Shown one piece after another: positions 1 to 8,366 of a stretch of DNA of 32,000 bases. The number at the start of each line of letters is the position of its first letter. Positions within the stretch are counted from its first letter, which is position 1. Made by a program: the position numbers and the translations under genes. A model generated the notes under the pieces. The model ran no database searches. It saw only the letters and a program-made list of their open reading frames with translations, and had not been told where the DNA came from. Location of the stretch: the NCBI GenBank assembly GCA_000025185.1, contig CP001848.1, positions 1,980,001 through 2,012,000 on the forward strand, read 5' to 3'. Source of the stretch: Pirellula staleyi DSM 6068. Its GTDB lineage: Bacteria > Planctomycetota > Planctomycetia > Pirellulales > Pirellulaceae.

Positions 1-1
1 C

Positions 2-3000
2 TTCAATGTCGAAGGTGGTCGCTGCGAGGCATGCGAAGGGAACGGCAGCAACAAGCTCGAAATGGATTTCCTCGCTGACGTGTGGGTCACTTGCCCCGTC
101 TGCGAAGGAAAACGCTTCAATCGTGAAACGTTACAGGTGAAGTTCAAAGATAAGTCGATCGCCGATGTGCTGGAAATGGATGTGCAGCAGGCGCTCGAAC
201 TTTTCGAGAACGTGCCGCATGTCCGCCACAAATTACAAACGCTTCACGATGTGGGTCTCGACTACATCAAGATCGGGCAAGCGAGCCCCACTCTCTCCGG
301 TGGCGAAGCGCAGCGCATCAAGCTCGCGCGAGAACTGGTCAAGAAGAGTACCGGCAAAACGCTCTATTTGCTCGACGAACCAACAACCGGTTTGCATTTC
401 GCCGATATTCACTTGCTCCTGGGTGTGCTGCATAACTTTGCCGATGCCGGGAACACCGTGCTGGTGGTCGAGCATAACCTCGACGTGATCAAAACGGCCG
501 ACTGGATCATCGACATGGGGCCCGAAGGGGGCGCTGCTGGTGGCGAGATTCTCGCGGTTGGAACTCCCGAGGAAATTGCCAAGAATACGCGCTCGCATAC
601 TGGCCGCGCGCTCGCAAAAATCCTTTCGCAAACACCTGCCTCGCTGATGGCTGCGGCGACAGCCGCCCGCGCTGCGCGCAACGGCAAAGCGGCCAAAAAT
701 GGCTCGGCCCTGTTGGCTAAGCAAATTACGGTTCGGGGCGCTCGGCAGCACAACCTCAAGGGTGTCGACGTCACCGTTGAGCGCGACAAAATGACCGTCT
801 TCTGCGGCCCCTCGGGAAGCGGAAAAAGCTCGCTGGCAATGGACACGATCTACGCCGAAGGTCAGCGCCGCTATGTCGAGTCGCTGTCGGCCTACGCGCG
901 TCAATTCGTAGCGCAGATGCAAAAGCCACTCGTCGAGCATATCGACGGACTCTCTCCCGCGATTGCCATCGAGCAAAAGAATCTCGGGCATACGCCACGT
1001 TCGACCGTCGGGACAGTCACTGAAGTATACGACTACTTTCGGATCTTGATGGCGCGACTGGGGCAGGCCTATTGCCCGGCATGCGATATTCCGGTCGGAA
1101 CCCAAACAGCCGACCAAGTGGTCGATAGCATTCTCACGGAACTCGAAGGGGCCAAGCTCTACTTAATGGCCCCCATCGAGATCGACGCGGGTCAGACCTA
1201 CGCCAGCTTGTTCGAGCATTTGCGCAGCATCGGCTACTCGCGCGTGCGGGTCGATGGTGTCACGTCATCGCTCGACGCTGCTCCCACGATTGATCGCCGT
1301 CGCAAGCACACGGTAGAAGTGGTGATCGATCGCGTGAATGTGAATCCGGCACAGCGCTCGCGACTGGCCGGTAGCATTGAGAATGCACTGGCGCTCGGCA
1401 AAGGTGTGCTGCATGTTGCGAAGGTCGACGAGAGCATTCCTGAACCGCGCTGGGAAGTAATGGTCCATAGCCAGCACATGGCGTGTCGGAAGTGCAATCG
1501 GAGCTTCGAACCACTCAGTCCGCACAGCTTTTCCTTCAACAGCACGCTCGGCTGGTGTAAGGCATGTGAAGGTCTCGGAACGCAAGTCGGTGCTAACCTG
1601 GCGGCTGTCGTCTCCGACCCCAAGCGAACACTCCGCGAAGGGGTGATCGATGTTTGGCCCAGCCTCCAGCTGCCACTTTCGTCGGCAATGCTCGACGCCT
1701 TGGCTCGCAGCACTGGACTGCCGCTCGACAAGCCGTTCGATCAACTGGGGCATCGTTTCAAACGCCTGCTCTTGCACGGCACCGGTGAGCAGTGGCACGA
1801 AGTGGCGGCCAAGGGTCTTCCCAAGATCCGCTTTCAGTTCAAGGGAGTCTATCCGGCGCTCGAAGAAGCATCCAAGCTTTCGCCATCGCTCCGCGTGAAG
1901 CTCGAATCGCTCGTCGCGGAAGTGGAATGCAGCACGTGTGGCGGAAGTCGCTTGCGCGATGATTCGTCCGCAGCTCGCTTTCGCTCGCGCACAATCGACG
2001 AGTATTGCCGCTTGCCGCTCGGCACGCTGCTGTCGGAAATTCAGCACTGGAATCTCACCGATCGCGAGCGAAAAATCGCTGGCGAACTGACGCGTGAAAT
2101 CGTGGGACGCGTACAATTTCTCGTCGACGTGGGGCTCGATTACCTGTCCCTCTCACGCGGCGCTGCGACCCTTTCTAACGGCGAAGCCCAGCGCATTCGG
2201 CTCGCGAGCCAACTCGGTAGCGGTCTTTGCGGCGTGCTTTACGTACTCGACGAACCGACAATCGGCCTGCACCCGCGCGACAACCGCAAACTGCTCGGCG
2301 CGCTGCATAAGCTCCGCGATCTGGGGAACACGTTGCTGGTGGTTGAGCACGACCGTGAAGTGATCGAGCATTGCGATCACATTGTCGACTTCGGTCCTCG
2401 CGCGGGGAAACTCGGCGGCCAAGTGGTTGCCGACGCCACCCCGGCGATGCTCGGCAAATCGAAAACCAGCGTCACCGGCCCTTATCTTTCGGGGAAGAAG
2501 TCGATTGCGATTCCTCGGACACGTCGCATCAGCCCGCTGGTGGTCGAGCCGAGTCGCACGAAGAAGAAACCGGCCCCTTCGCCGCTCGATAAGTACGAAG
2601 ATCGGCTGAAGCTCGCCCGCGAAGCATCGGCGACGAAGCTGCTGGAAGGTCGACCCTTGATCGAAGTGATCGGCGCGCGGCATAACAACTTGCGCAACGT
2701 CTCGATCCAAATTCCACTCGGCACGTTGTCGGTGGTGACCGGTCCCAGCGGAAGTGGTAAGAGCACGCTGATTGAGGAAGTACTCTACGCATCGATTGCT
2801 CGCAAATTGCATCGGGCGTCGCTCACGCCGGGTGCCCACGATGAAGTGCGCGGGCTCGAGCATATCAACAAAGTGATTCGGGTCGATCAACAGCCGCTGG
2901 GAAATAGCCCCTCCAGCAACCCGGCCACTTATACCGGCGCGTTCGAACTGATCCGCCAGCTCTTTGCACAACTCCCCGAAGCGAAACTGCGTGGCTATTC

Positions 3001-4741
3001 GGCGCGACGCTTCAGCTTCAATGTTCCAGGGGGACGCTGCGAAGCATGCGAGGGGAATGGGCAGCGGCGCATCGAAATGCACTTCCTCGCCGATGTGTGG
3101 GTCGAGTGCGAAACGTGTCGTGGTAAACGCTACAACGCCGAAACATTAGCGGTGACTTTCCACGGTCAGAGCATCAGCGAAGTGCTCGATATGACTTGTA
3201 GCGAGGCGCTACAGCTGTTTGCCAACATTCCGAAAATCCGCCGGATTCTCGAGACTTTATGCGATGTGGGGCTCGACTACCTCACGCTGGGGCAAGCTGC
3301 GCCGACTCTCTCGGGTGGTGAAGCGCAGCGTGTGAAACTGGCGGCGGAACTCTCTCGTCCCGATACCGGCCGGACCCTCTACCTGCTCGACGAACCGACG
3401 ACCGGTTTGCACTTCGACGATCTCGCAAGGCTGCTGGAAGTCTTGCAGCGACTCGTCGATTTGGGGAACACCGTGGTGCTCATCGAGCATAACCTCGACA
3501 TCATCAAGTCGGCAGATTGGCTCATTGATATGGGCCCCGATGCTGGCGAGAACGGTGGTCAAGTGGTTGCTTGTGGTACGCCGGAGATGATTGTCGCGCA
3601 TGCCATCGATGCGCTGGAAGCAATCAACTCGAAGAAGCAATCGCCTAGCGATCGACCGCTGCTTCGTTCCCATACGGGTGAAGCGCTCGAGCCAGTGATT
3701 GCGTCATCGTCGATTGCCGATCGCGCGGCGTATAAGCCGACTCCTCCTGAAAAAGAAGCGGAAAACGAGCTGGAAATCGAAGATGTCGGCCGCGATGCCC
3801 GGATGCCGTGGGAAGTCGATGGCCGCAAATGGCACACCCGAGATCGCGTCGATCGTAAAGGTGGCCCTTGCAAATGGGATGGTGATATCCTCGCTCGCGT
3901 GGTCGACAAGATTCACGAAGAAGGGGAGTTCAGTGAGACCGACTGGAGCCAGCGCAGTGTGGTCGAAATTGCTGCGACTAAAAAATCAGATGGCTGGTTC
4001 TTTCATGCGATCACCGGTGAAACCTGGCTCCTGAAATTGAAGTTCCGTGTTTACAAGGGGACGTTCAAGCGCGACGAGTTGCTCACCCGCATTCAGCTGA
4101 AGACACTCAATCAGCTCGACGACCTGCCGATCTATGGCAACGAGCCTCGCGTGAAAGTGAAAACGCAGAAAGGGCCGTGGCAAGAGGTGGAGATTCATGT
4201 CCACACGATCGAGGAGATCGACACCCCCGAGTTCTGGTCGTTCCTCACCGATGCGATTGCCGGGTTCATGCGCGCGACCGATCGCTCGGAAGTGAAAGAG
4301 GAAGACATCACCCCTTGGAAGGTGCTCGGGCAGAAGTGGCATTTCCTGCGGAATAAAGGCTTTCCACCCGGAAAAAAACCGCAGTGGGATGCTGATATTC
4401 TCGAGGAGTTGTTCGAGATCTTGCGCGATGTCGCCCCCGATGGACAGTTCCTCTGGAACAATCAGCAGCTCGTGCATCTGATCGTCCCTGAACAGCGCGA
4501 ACCTTGGGCTACGGTCCTCACGAAGAAGCCGCAGGCTCTCAGTTTGCATCTCACCGGACCGAAGGGAAAATTCGCACTCGGGCGGATCATCGGACTGGGA
4601 GTCGACCGTGAAGTCGACGATTCCCGTGCCGATCGGGATGTGCTTCGCTTCCAGTTCCTCGATGGTGATCATTTGCATCGGGGCGACTTACCGTCGTTCC
4701 TGCAAGAGCATCGCGCGACCCTCTCGAAGGAGAAGAAGTAA
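2..4741 (+). CDS. uvrA: UvrA-family excinuclease ATPase, 5'-truncated by the window edge. The C-terminal ABC module of one UvrA unit is fused in frame to a second complete UvrA unit plus a ~345-aa C-terminal extension
   Basis: The frame is open from nt 2 (FNVEGGRCEACEGNG, the UvrA C-terminal zinc module) to the TAA at 4739-4741. nt 2-~640 carry the LSGGEAQRIKLA signature, LYLLDEPTTGLH Walker B, VVEHNLDVI and an SHTG tail. nt ~725-3700 carry ITVRGARQHNLKGVDV, GPSGSGKSS Walker A, YAEGQRRYVESLSAYARQF, paired CxxC zinc modules, LSNGEAQRIRLA, a second Walker A GPSGSGKST, LSGGEAQRVKLA and SHTGEAL. The ATG at 62 in the ORF track is internal, not the start. Confidence 0.9.
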   Translation, partial: FNVEGGRCEACEGNGSNKLEMDFLADVWVTCPVCEGKRFNRETLQVKFKDKSIADVLEMDVQQALELFENVPHVRHKLQTLHDVGLDYIKIGQASPTLSGGEAQRIKLARELVKKSTGKTLYLLDEPTTGLHFADIHLLLGVLHNFADAGNTVLVVEHNLDVIKTADWIIDMGPEGGAAGGEILAVGTPEEIAKNTRSHTGRALAKILSQTPASLMAAATAARAARNGKAAKNGSALLAKQITVRGARQHNLKGVDVTVERDKMTVFCGPSGSGKSSLAMDTIYAEGQRRYVESLSAYARQFVAQMQKPLVEHIDGLSPAIAIEQKNLGHTPRSTVGTVTEVYDYFRILMARLGQAYCPACDIPVGTQTADQVVDSILTELEGAKLYLMAPIEIDAGQTYASLFEHLRSIGYSRVRVDGVTSSLDAAPTIDRRRKHTVEVVIDRVNVNPAQRSRLAGSIENALALGKGVLHVAKVDESIPEPRWEVMVHSQHMACRKCNRSFEPLSPHSFSFNSTLGWCKACEGLGTQVGANLAAVVSDPKRTLREGVIDVWPSLQLPLSSAMLDALARSTGLPLDKPFDQLGHRFKRLLLHGTGEQWHEVAAKGLPKIRFQFKGVYPALEEASKLSPSLRVKLESLVAEVECSTCGGSRLRDDSSAARFRSRTIDEYCRLPLGTLLSEIQHWNLTDRERKIAGELTREIVGRVQFLVDVGLDYLSLSRGAATLSNGEAQRIRLASQLGSGLCGVLYVLDEPTIGLHPRDNRKLLGALHKLRDLGNTLLVVEHDREVIEHCDHIVDFGPRAGKLGGQVVADATPAMLGKSKTSVTGPYLSGKKSIAIPRTRRISPLVVEPSRTKKKPAPSPLDKYEDRLKLAREASATKLLEGRPLIEVIGARHNNLRNVSIQIPLGTLSVVTGPSGSGKSTLIEEVLYASIARKLHRASLTPGAHDEVRGLEHINKVIRVDQQPLGNSPSSNPATYTGAFELIRQLFAQLPEAKLRGYSARRFSFNVPGGRCEACEGNGQRRIEMHFLADVWVECETCRGKRYNAETLAVTFHGQSISEVLDMTCSEALQLFANIPKIRRILETLCDVGLDYLTLGQAAPTLSGGEAQRVKLAAELSRPDTGRTLYLLDEPTTGLHFDDLARLLEVLQRLVDLGNTVVLIEHNLDIIKSADWLIDMGPDAGENGGQVVACGTPEMIVAHAIDALEAINSKKQSPSDRPLLRSHTGEALEPVIASSSIADRAAYKPTPPEKEAENELEIEDVGRDARMPWEVDGRKWHTRDRVDRKGGPCKWDGDILARVVDKIHEEGEFSETDWSQRSVVEIAATKKSDGWFFHAITGETWLLKLKFRVYKGTFKRDELLTRIQLKTLNQLDDLPIYGNEPRVKVKTQKGPWQEVEIHVHTIEEIDTPEFWSFLTDAIAGFMRATDRSEVKEEDITPWKVLGQKWHFLRNKGFPPGKKPQWDADILEELFEILRDVAPDGQFLWNNQQLVHLIVPEQREPWATVLTKKPQALSLHLTGPKGKFALGRIIGLGVDREVDDSRADRDVLRFQFLDGDHLHRGDLPSFLQEHRATLSKEKK

Positions 4742-4744
4742 ACC

Positions 4745-5395
4745 ATGTCCGACGTACTTCTCCCCGCGACGCTGCTGTTTCGTTTAGCGATTCCCTGTCA
4801 GTACCTTGCGCCGAGTAAAGGGAAGCATGGTCAGCTGACCGATAAATACTTGCTCCCTTGGCCAGGAGAACTCGAGGGCAAAAAACCGTACGCCAAACTT
4901 TGGGCTGCATGGAACGAGCACGGTTTGATTTTTCAGCTGCTCGTCACTGGTAAGGGGCAGCGACCCTGGTGTCGCGATTCCCGGATCGAAGATAGCGATG
5001 GCTTGCAGTTGTGGATCGATACGCGCAATACGCAAAACATTCACCGTGCGGGACGTTTTTGCCATCGCATGGTCTATCTGCCCGCCGGAAGTGGTCGCAA
5101 TCTCGATGAGCCGATGTGCGCGATGCTGGCGATCAATCGCGCGAAGGAAAGTCCGCGTGAGATCGAACGCGATGCTTTGAAAATCGATCGCCAATGGAAG
5201 AACGATGGCTATTGGCTCGAGGCAATCATTCCGGCATCAGCGCTCACTGGATATAGCCCCGCCGATCAGCCGGCGATTGGTTTTATGTATGCCGTGGTCG
5301 ATCGCGAACGCGGGTGGCAATGTTTCACACTTGGCCCTGAGTTTCCCATCGCAGAAGATCCAAGTTTGTGGAGCACGCTCGAACTGACAAAGTAG
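4745..5395 (+). CDS. Hypothetical protein, possibly a CBM9/DOMON-like beta-sandwich domain
   Basis: 216-aa ORF whose ATG lies 3 nt after the uvrA stop (TAAaccATG). The pattern KLWAAWNEHGLIFQLLV ... SDGLQLWIDTRNT ... GYWLEAIIPASAL ... IGFMYAVVDRE resembles the strand pattern of carbohydrate-binding-family-9-like domains. This is a by-eye match only. Confidence 0.55.
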   Translation: MSDVLLPATLLFRLAIPCQYLAPSKGKHGQLTDKYLLPWPGELEGKKPYAKLWAAWNEHGLIFQLLVTGKGQRPWCRDSRIEDSDGLQLWIDTRNTQNIHRAGRFCHRMVYLPAGSGRNLDEPMCAMLAINRAKESPREIERDALKIDRQWKNDGYWLEAIIPASALTGYSPADQPAIGFMYAVVDRERGWQCFTLGPEFPIAEDPSLWSTLELTK

Positions 5396-5416
5396 TCGAT
5401 CTGATCGATAGCAATG

Positions 5417-6169
5417 TTACTGCTTTGGACTCGGCGATCGGCTGCTGATCAGTCGGCTGACGATCCATTTGAGCAGCAGCGGCAGCGTGCCCAGCAGCAC
5501 CAGCGCGACGATGAGTGTGGGAGAGAGTAGGCTGCCAATCCCTTGCTGGGAAATATCGCGCAGCGAAGGACTACTAGCGCCAGCGAGCACGAACACAACC
5601 GTGGCTGGAAACATCCCGAGCTGACTCACCCACCAGAACGTGGTGAGTCGCATCTTCGTAAGCCCCATCACTAGGTTGATGACGAAAAACGGGACGGCGG
5701 GGATCAGCCGCAACGAGAGCAGGTACCAGGCACCTTCGCGATCGAGGTCCTCGTTAAACTTTTCGAGCTGGGATGCGAATCTCTGCTGAACCATCGTTCC
5801 CAGCAAGTAGCGACTCAGTAAAAACGCGCAGCTGGCACCGGTTGAGGAAGCGAAGCTGGTGAGCACCAGCGCAGGCCAAAAGCCCAACAGCCAACCACCT
5901 GTGATAGAGAGCGCAGCTGCTCCGGGAAGCGAAAGCCCTGTTACGACGACATAGATCACGAAATAGGTGGCGTAGGCGAGCACTGGCTGACGACTGGCCG
6001 CCTGGCGGAGCGAGGTTTCGCGTGCGGCGAGCGCTTCGAGTGAGAGCTCACTTCGAAAAAAGTAAGCCAGCGTAACAGCGGTGACGATAACCAGCAGCAG
6101 AACCACCAAGCGCACAGCGATGCTCGAAGATTTTTGATTCGCATCGTTACTCGCAGGAGGCTTGGACAT
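5417..6169 (-). CDS. TVP38/TMEM64 (DedA-related, SNARE-associated) family membrane protein
   Basis: 250 aa with multiple hydrophobic helices. Family-typical stretches are LPGAAALSITGGWLLGFWPALVL and LRLIPAVPFFVINLVMGLTKMRLTTFWWVSQLG. Confidence 0.8.
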   Translation of the reverse strand: MSKPPASNDANQKSSSIAVRLVVLLLVIVTAVTLAYFFRSELSLEALAARETSLRQAASRQPVLAYATYFVIYVVVTGLSLPGAAALSITGGWLLGFWPALVLTSFASSTGASCAFLLSRYLLGTMVQQRFASQLEKFNEDLDREGAWYLLSLRLIPAVPFFVINLVMGLTKMRLTTFWWVSQLGMFPATVVFVLAGASSPSLRDISQQGIGSLLSPTLIVALVLLGTLPLLLKWIVSRLISSRSPSPKQ

Positions 6170-6215
6170 AGGTAACCATTTGTTCCGGCGAGTTGGCAGC
6201 AGTTGCGGCGAACCA

Positions 6216-7391
6216 TCAATCGAGGGTGAACCAGTTTTTAAGCTGTGGATCGCTGATGCAAATCCAGCGGGCCCGATCGATTCCGGTATGAAGCGGCTGC
6301 TGCAGCGCGATATTGGTGCTCGTCGAGTCGTAGTCGCGCGTGCTGATCACGAGCAAAGCACCGCGAATGGTGCTGTCGGACTTCGAAAGTTCGGCGATCG
6401 CTTCGGCCAAGGGTGGGTTCTCGCTCGGAGCGAGTTCGGCGAGTGCGTCGTGAACTTCCCCAGCGGTGAGCTGCGACGAACTGCCGACAAACGTTTGTGG
6501 CTTACTCGAGGCGAGGGAGAGCAGAAGTCGTGCGTGGCCACGCAGGGCAAGGTCGGCCACCATGGTTGCCACGAGGCTGATGGCCAGTTCGAGTCGCGCC
6601 AGGTCATCGAGCGTGGGATTGGCAGGGAGATAGGGGTCGAGCACGATGGCGACATCTTGTGAACGCCGCCGCTCGAACTGACGCACGGTCAGCACACCGA
6701 CTTTGGCGGTGGTGCGCCAGTGAATCCAGCGCCGACTATCGCCACTCTGCCATGGTCGAAGTCCGTAATAGTCCCCTTCGCTGGTCCCTTGCTGCGGGTG
6801 TCGCTCCTGGTCTCCATGCGACGCGGTGAGGAGCACCTGCTGCCACTGCGGAAGCAGCCGCCCGAGATGGGGTGTAACCAGGAGCTCGTGAGGCATGTCG
6901 ATCGACATGGTCGACTTCACGAGGCCAAGTGGAAATCGAGTTGAGAGTCGGAGGGGGCCCAGGATATAGCGCCCTCGGCGCGGGATCGTGATGCGATAGC
7001 TGCCGGTCGAAACTTGCAGCGGCGGAACTTCGGCCAGCATCGCGCTCGGCCTCACGGGGCGCTCTCCCGGCAAGGGGCGCTTGGCGATGATGGAGTCTTC
7101 AATCAGCAGCAAGCGGGACGAGAGATAGCGGCGGTGATTAGCGACTTCGATATCGATCGAGACCGGAATGCCTGCTGCAACGCGGCTGGGGGCACGGCGA
7201 CGATATTCAAGACCCCGCAGGCTGGCCATCACGAGTCGCCAGTTGAGCAGCAGTGGGGCGATGAGCATGCCCGCGAGGACCACTAGCAGATTGACGCCAC
7301 GTAGCACTGCGCCACCCACGATGAACGCGAGTACTCCCAGGTAGTACCAGCCTTCACGACAGAGCCAAGCGCGACGACGTAGCTCGGACAC
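6216..7391 (-). CDS. DUF58 domain protein (MoxR-associated, VWA-like fold)
   Basis: Two N-terminal TM helices, then the DUF58 hallmark GDYYGLRPWQSGDSRRWIHWRTTAKVGVLTVRQFE. The start lies 6 nt after the moxR stop on the same strand. Confidence 0.85.
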   Translation of the reverse strand: MSELRRRAWLCREGWYYLGVLAFIVGGAVLRGVNLLVVLAGMLIAPLLLNWRLVMASLRGLEYRRRAPSRVAAGIPVSIDIEVANHRRYLSSRLLLIEDSIIAKRPLPGERPVRPSAMLAEVPPLQVSTGSYRITIPRRGRYILGPLRLSTRFPLGLVKSTMSIDMPHELLVTPHLGRLLPQWQQVLLTASHGDQERHPQQGTSEGDYYGLRPWQSGDSRRWIHWRTTAKVGVLTVRQFERRRSQDVAIVLDPYLPANPTLDDLARLELAISLVATMVADLALRGHARLLLSLASSKPQTFVGSSSQLTAGEVHDALAELAPSENPPLAEAIAELSKSDSTIRGALLVISTRDYDSTSTNIALQQPLHTGIDRARWICISDPQLKNWFTLD

Positions 7392-7397
7392 GGCGAT

Positions 7398-8366
7398 TTA
7401 CTCCGGCACCGGCGTTTGCTCGACCAGTCGGCGAATGATCGCCTCGCCCAGTTCGCGCGACGAGCCTCGCAAAATACCCTTTTGAATCACGCGATGTGCG
7501 AGGACATAAGGAGCGAGCCGTTTGACGTCGTCGGGAACTACAAACGAGCGTCCTTCGACCATCGCCAGCGACTGCGACGCGCGATAGAGACTAAGGGCAC
7601 CACGCGTGCTGACACCGACCTGCAGTTCTTCCGAGTCGCGCGTTTGATGCACGATGTCGAGCAGATAGTCGGCCACGCTCGCTTCGACCGCAATACTACG
7701 GACCGCCTCTTGAAGTTCGATGATCTGTTGTGGCGTCACCACGCTCTTGAGCTCTTGAACGGGTTCCCCTAAGCGATGGCTATCGAGCACGCGGCGCTCG
7801 TCGCTGCGATCGGGATAGCCCATCGAAATGCGAAGCAAGAATCGATCGAGTTGGCTTTCGGGAAGTGCGTAAGTTCCCTCGAACTCAAACGGGTTTTGGG
7901 TCGCGATGACCAAAAACGGTTTGGGAAGCGTGTGCGTTTCGCCATCGACCGAAACTTGCCCTTCGCTCATCGCCTCGAGCAGGGCGCTTTGCGTGCGCGG
8001 AGGAGCACGATTGATTTCATCGGCCAGTACGATGTTCGAGAAGACGGGGCCTCGGTGGAACAGGAACTGCGATTGTTTGGTGTCGTAGACGCTGCTGCCG
8101 AGAATATCGCTCGGTAGAAGATCGGGAGTGAACTGCAGGCGGCAGAACTCCCCCGAGACACTTTTGGCCAGCGCTTTGGCAACGAGTGTTTTTCCGACGC
8201 CGGGAACGTCTTCCAGCAGCACATGCTCGCCAGCGAGCAACGCGACGAGGCAAAGGCGAACGACGTCGGGCTTTCCAAGCACGACCTGGCCGATGTTCCT
8301 CTCGAGGTCGTGAACATAGCCGGTGAGTTTGGCGGGAAGCTGAACAGCTTGAGCGGGACTTGCCAC
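7398..8366 (-). CDS. MoxR-family AAA+ ATPase
   Basis: GEHVLLEDVPGVGKT Walker A, LADEINRAPPRTQSALLEAM Walker B/sensor region, FLVIATQNP, and the typical ~320-aa length. The start is GTG (cac at 8364-8366). Confidence 0.9.
   Translation of the reverse strand: MASPAQAVQLPAKLTGYVHDLERNIGQVVLGKPDVVRLCLVALLAGEHVLLEDVPGVGKTLVAKALAKSVSGEFCRLQFTPDLLPSDILGSSVYDTKQSQFLFHRGPVFSNIVLADEINRAPPRTQSALLEAMSEGQVSVDGETHTLPKPFLVIATQNPFEFEGTYALPESQLDRFLLRISMGYPDRSDERRVLDSHRLGEPVQELKSVVTPQQIIELQEAVRSIAVEASVADYLLDIVHQTRDSEELQVGVSTRGALSLYRASQSLAMVEGRSFVVPDDVKRLAPYVLAHRVIQKGILRGSSRELGEAIIRRLVEQTPVPE

Noticed and set aside
233-4678. Long antisense and off-frame ORFs inside uvrA (e.g. 233-1117, 1265-2116, 2153-3082, 3986-4678 on the minus strand).
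   Set aside because: They fully overlap a frame with unmistakable UvrA motifs. Their Arg/Ala/Ser/Pro-rich, motif-free translations are typical shadow ORFs of GC-rich coding DNA.
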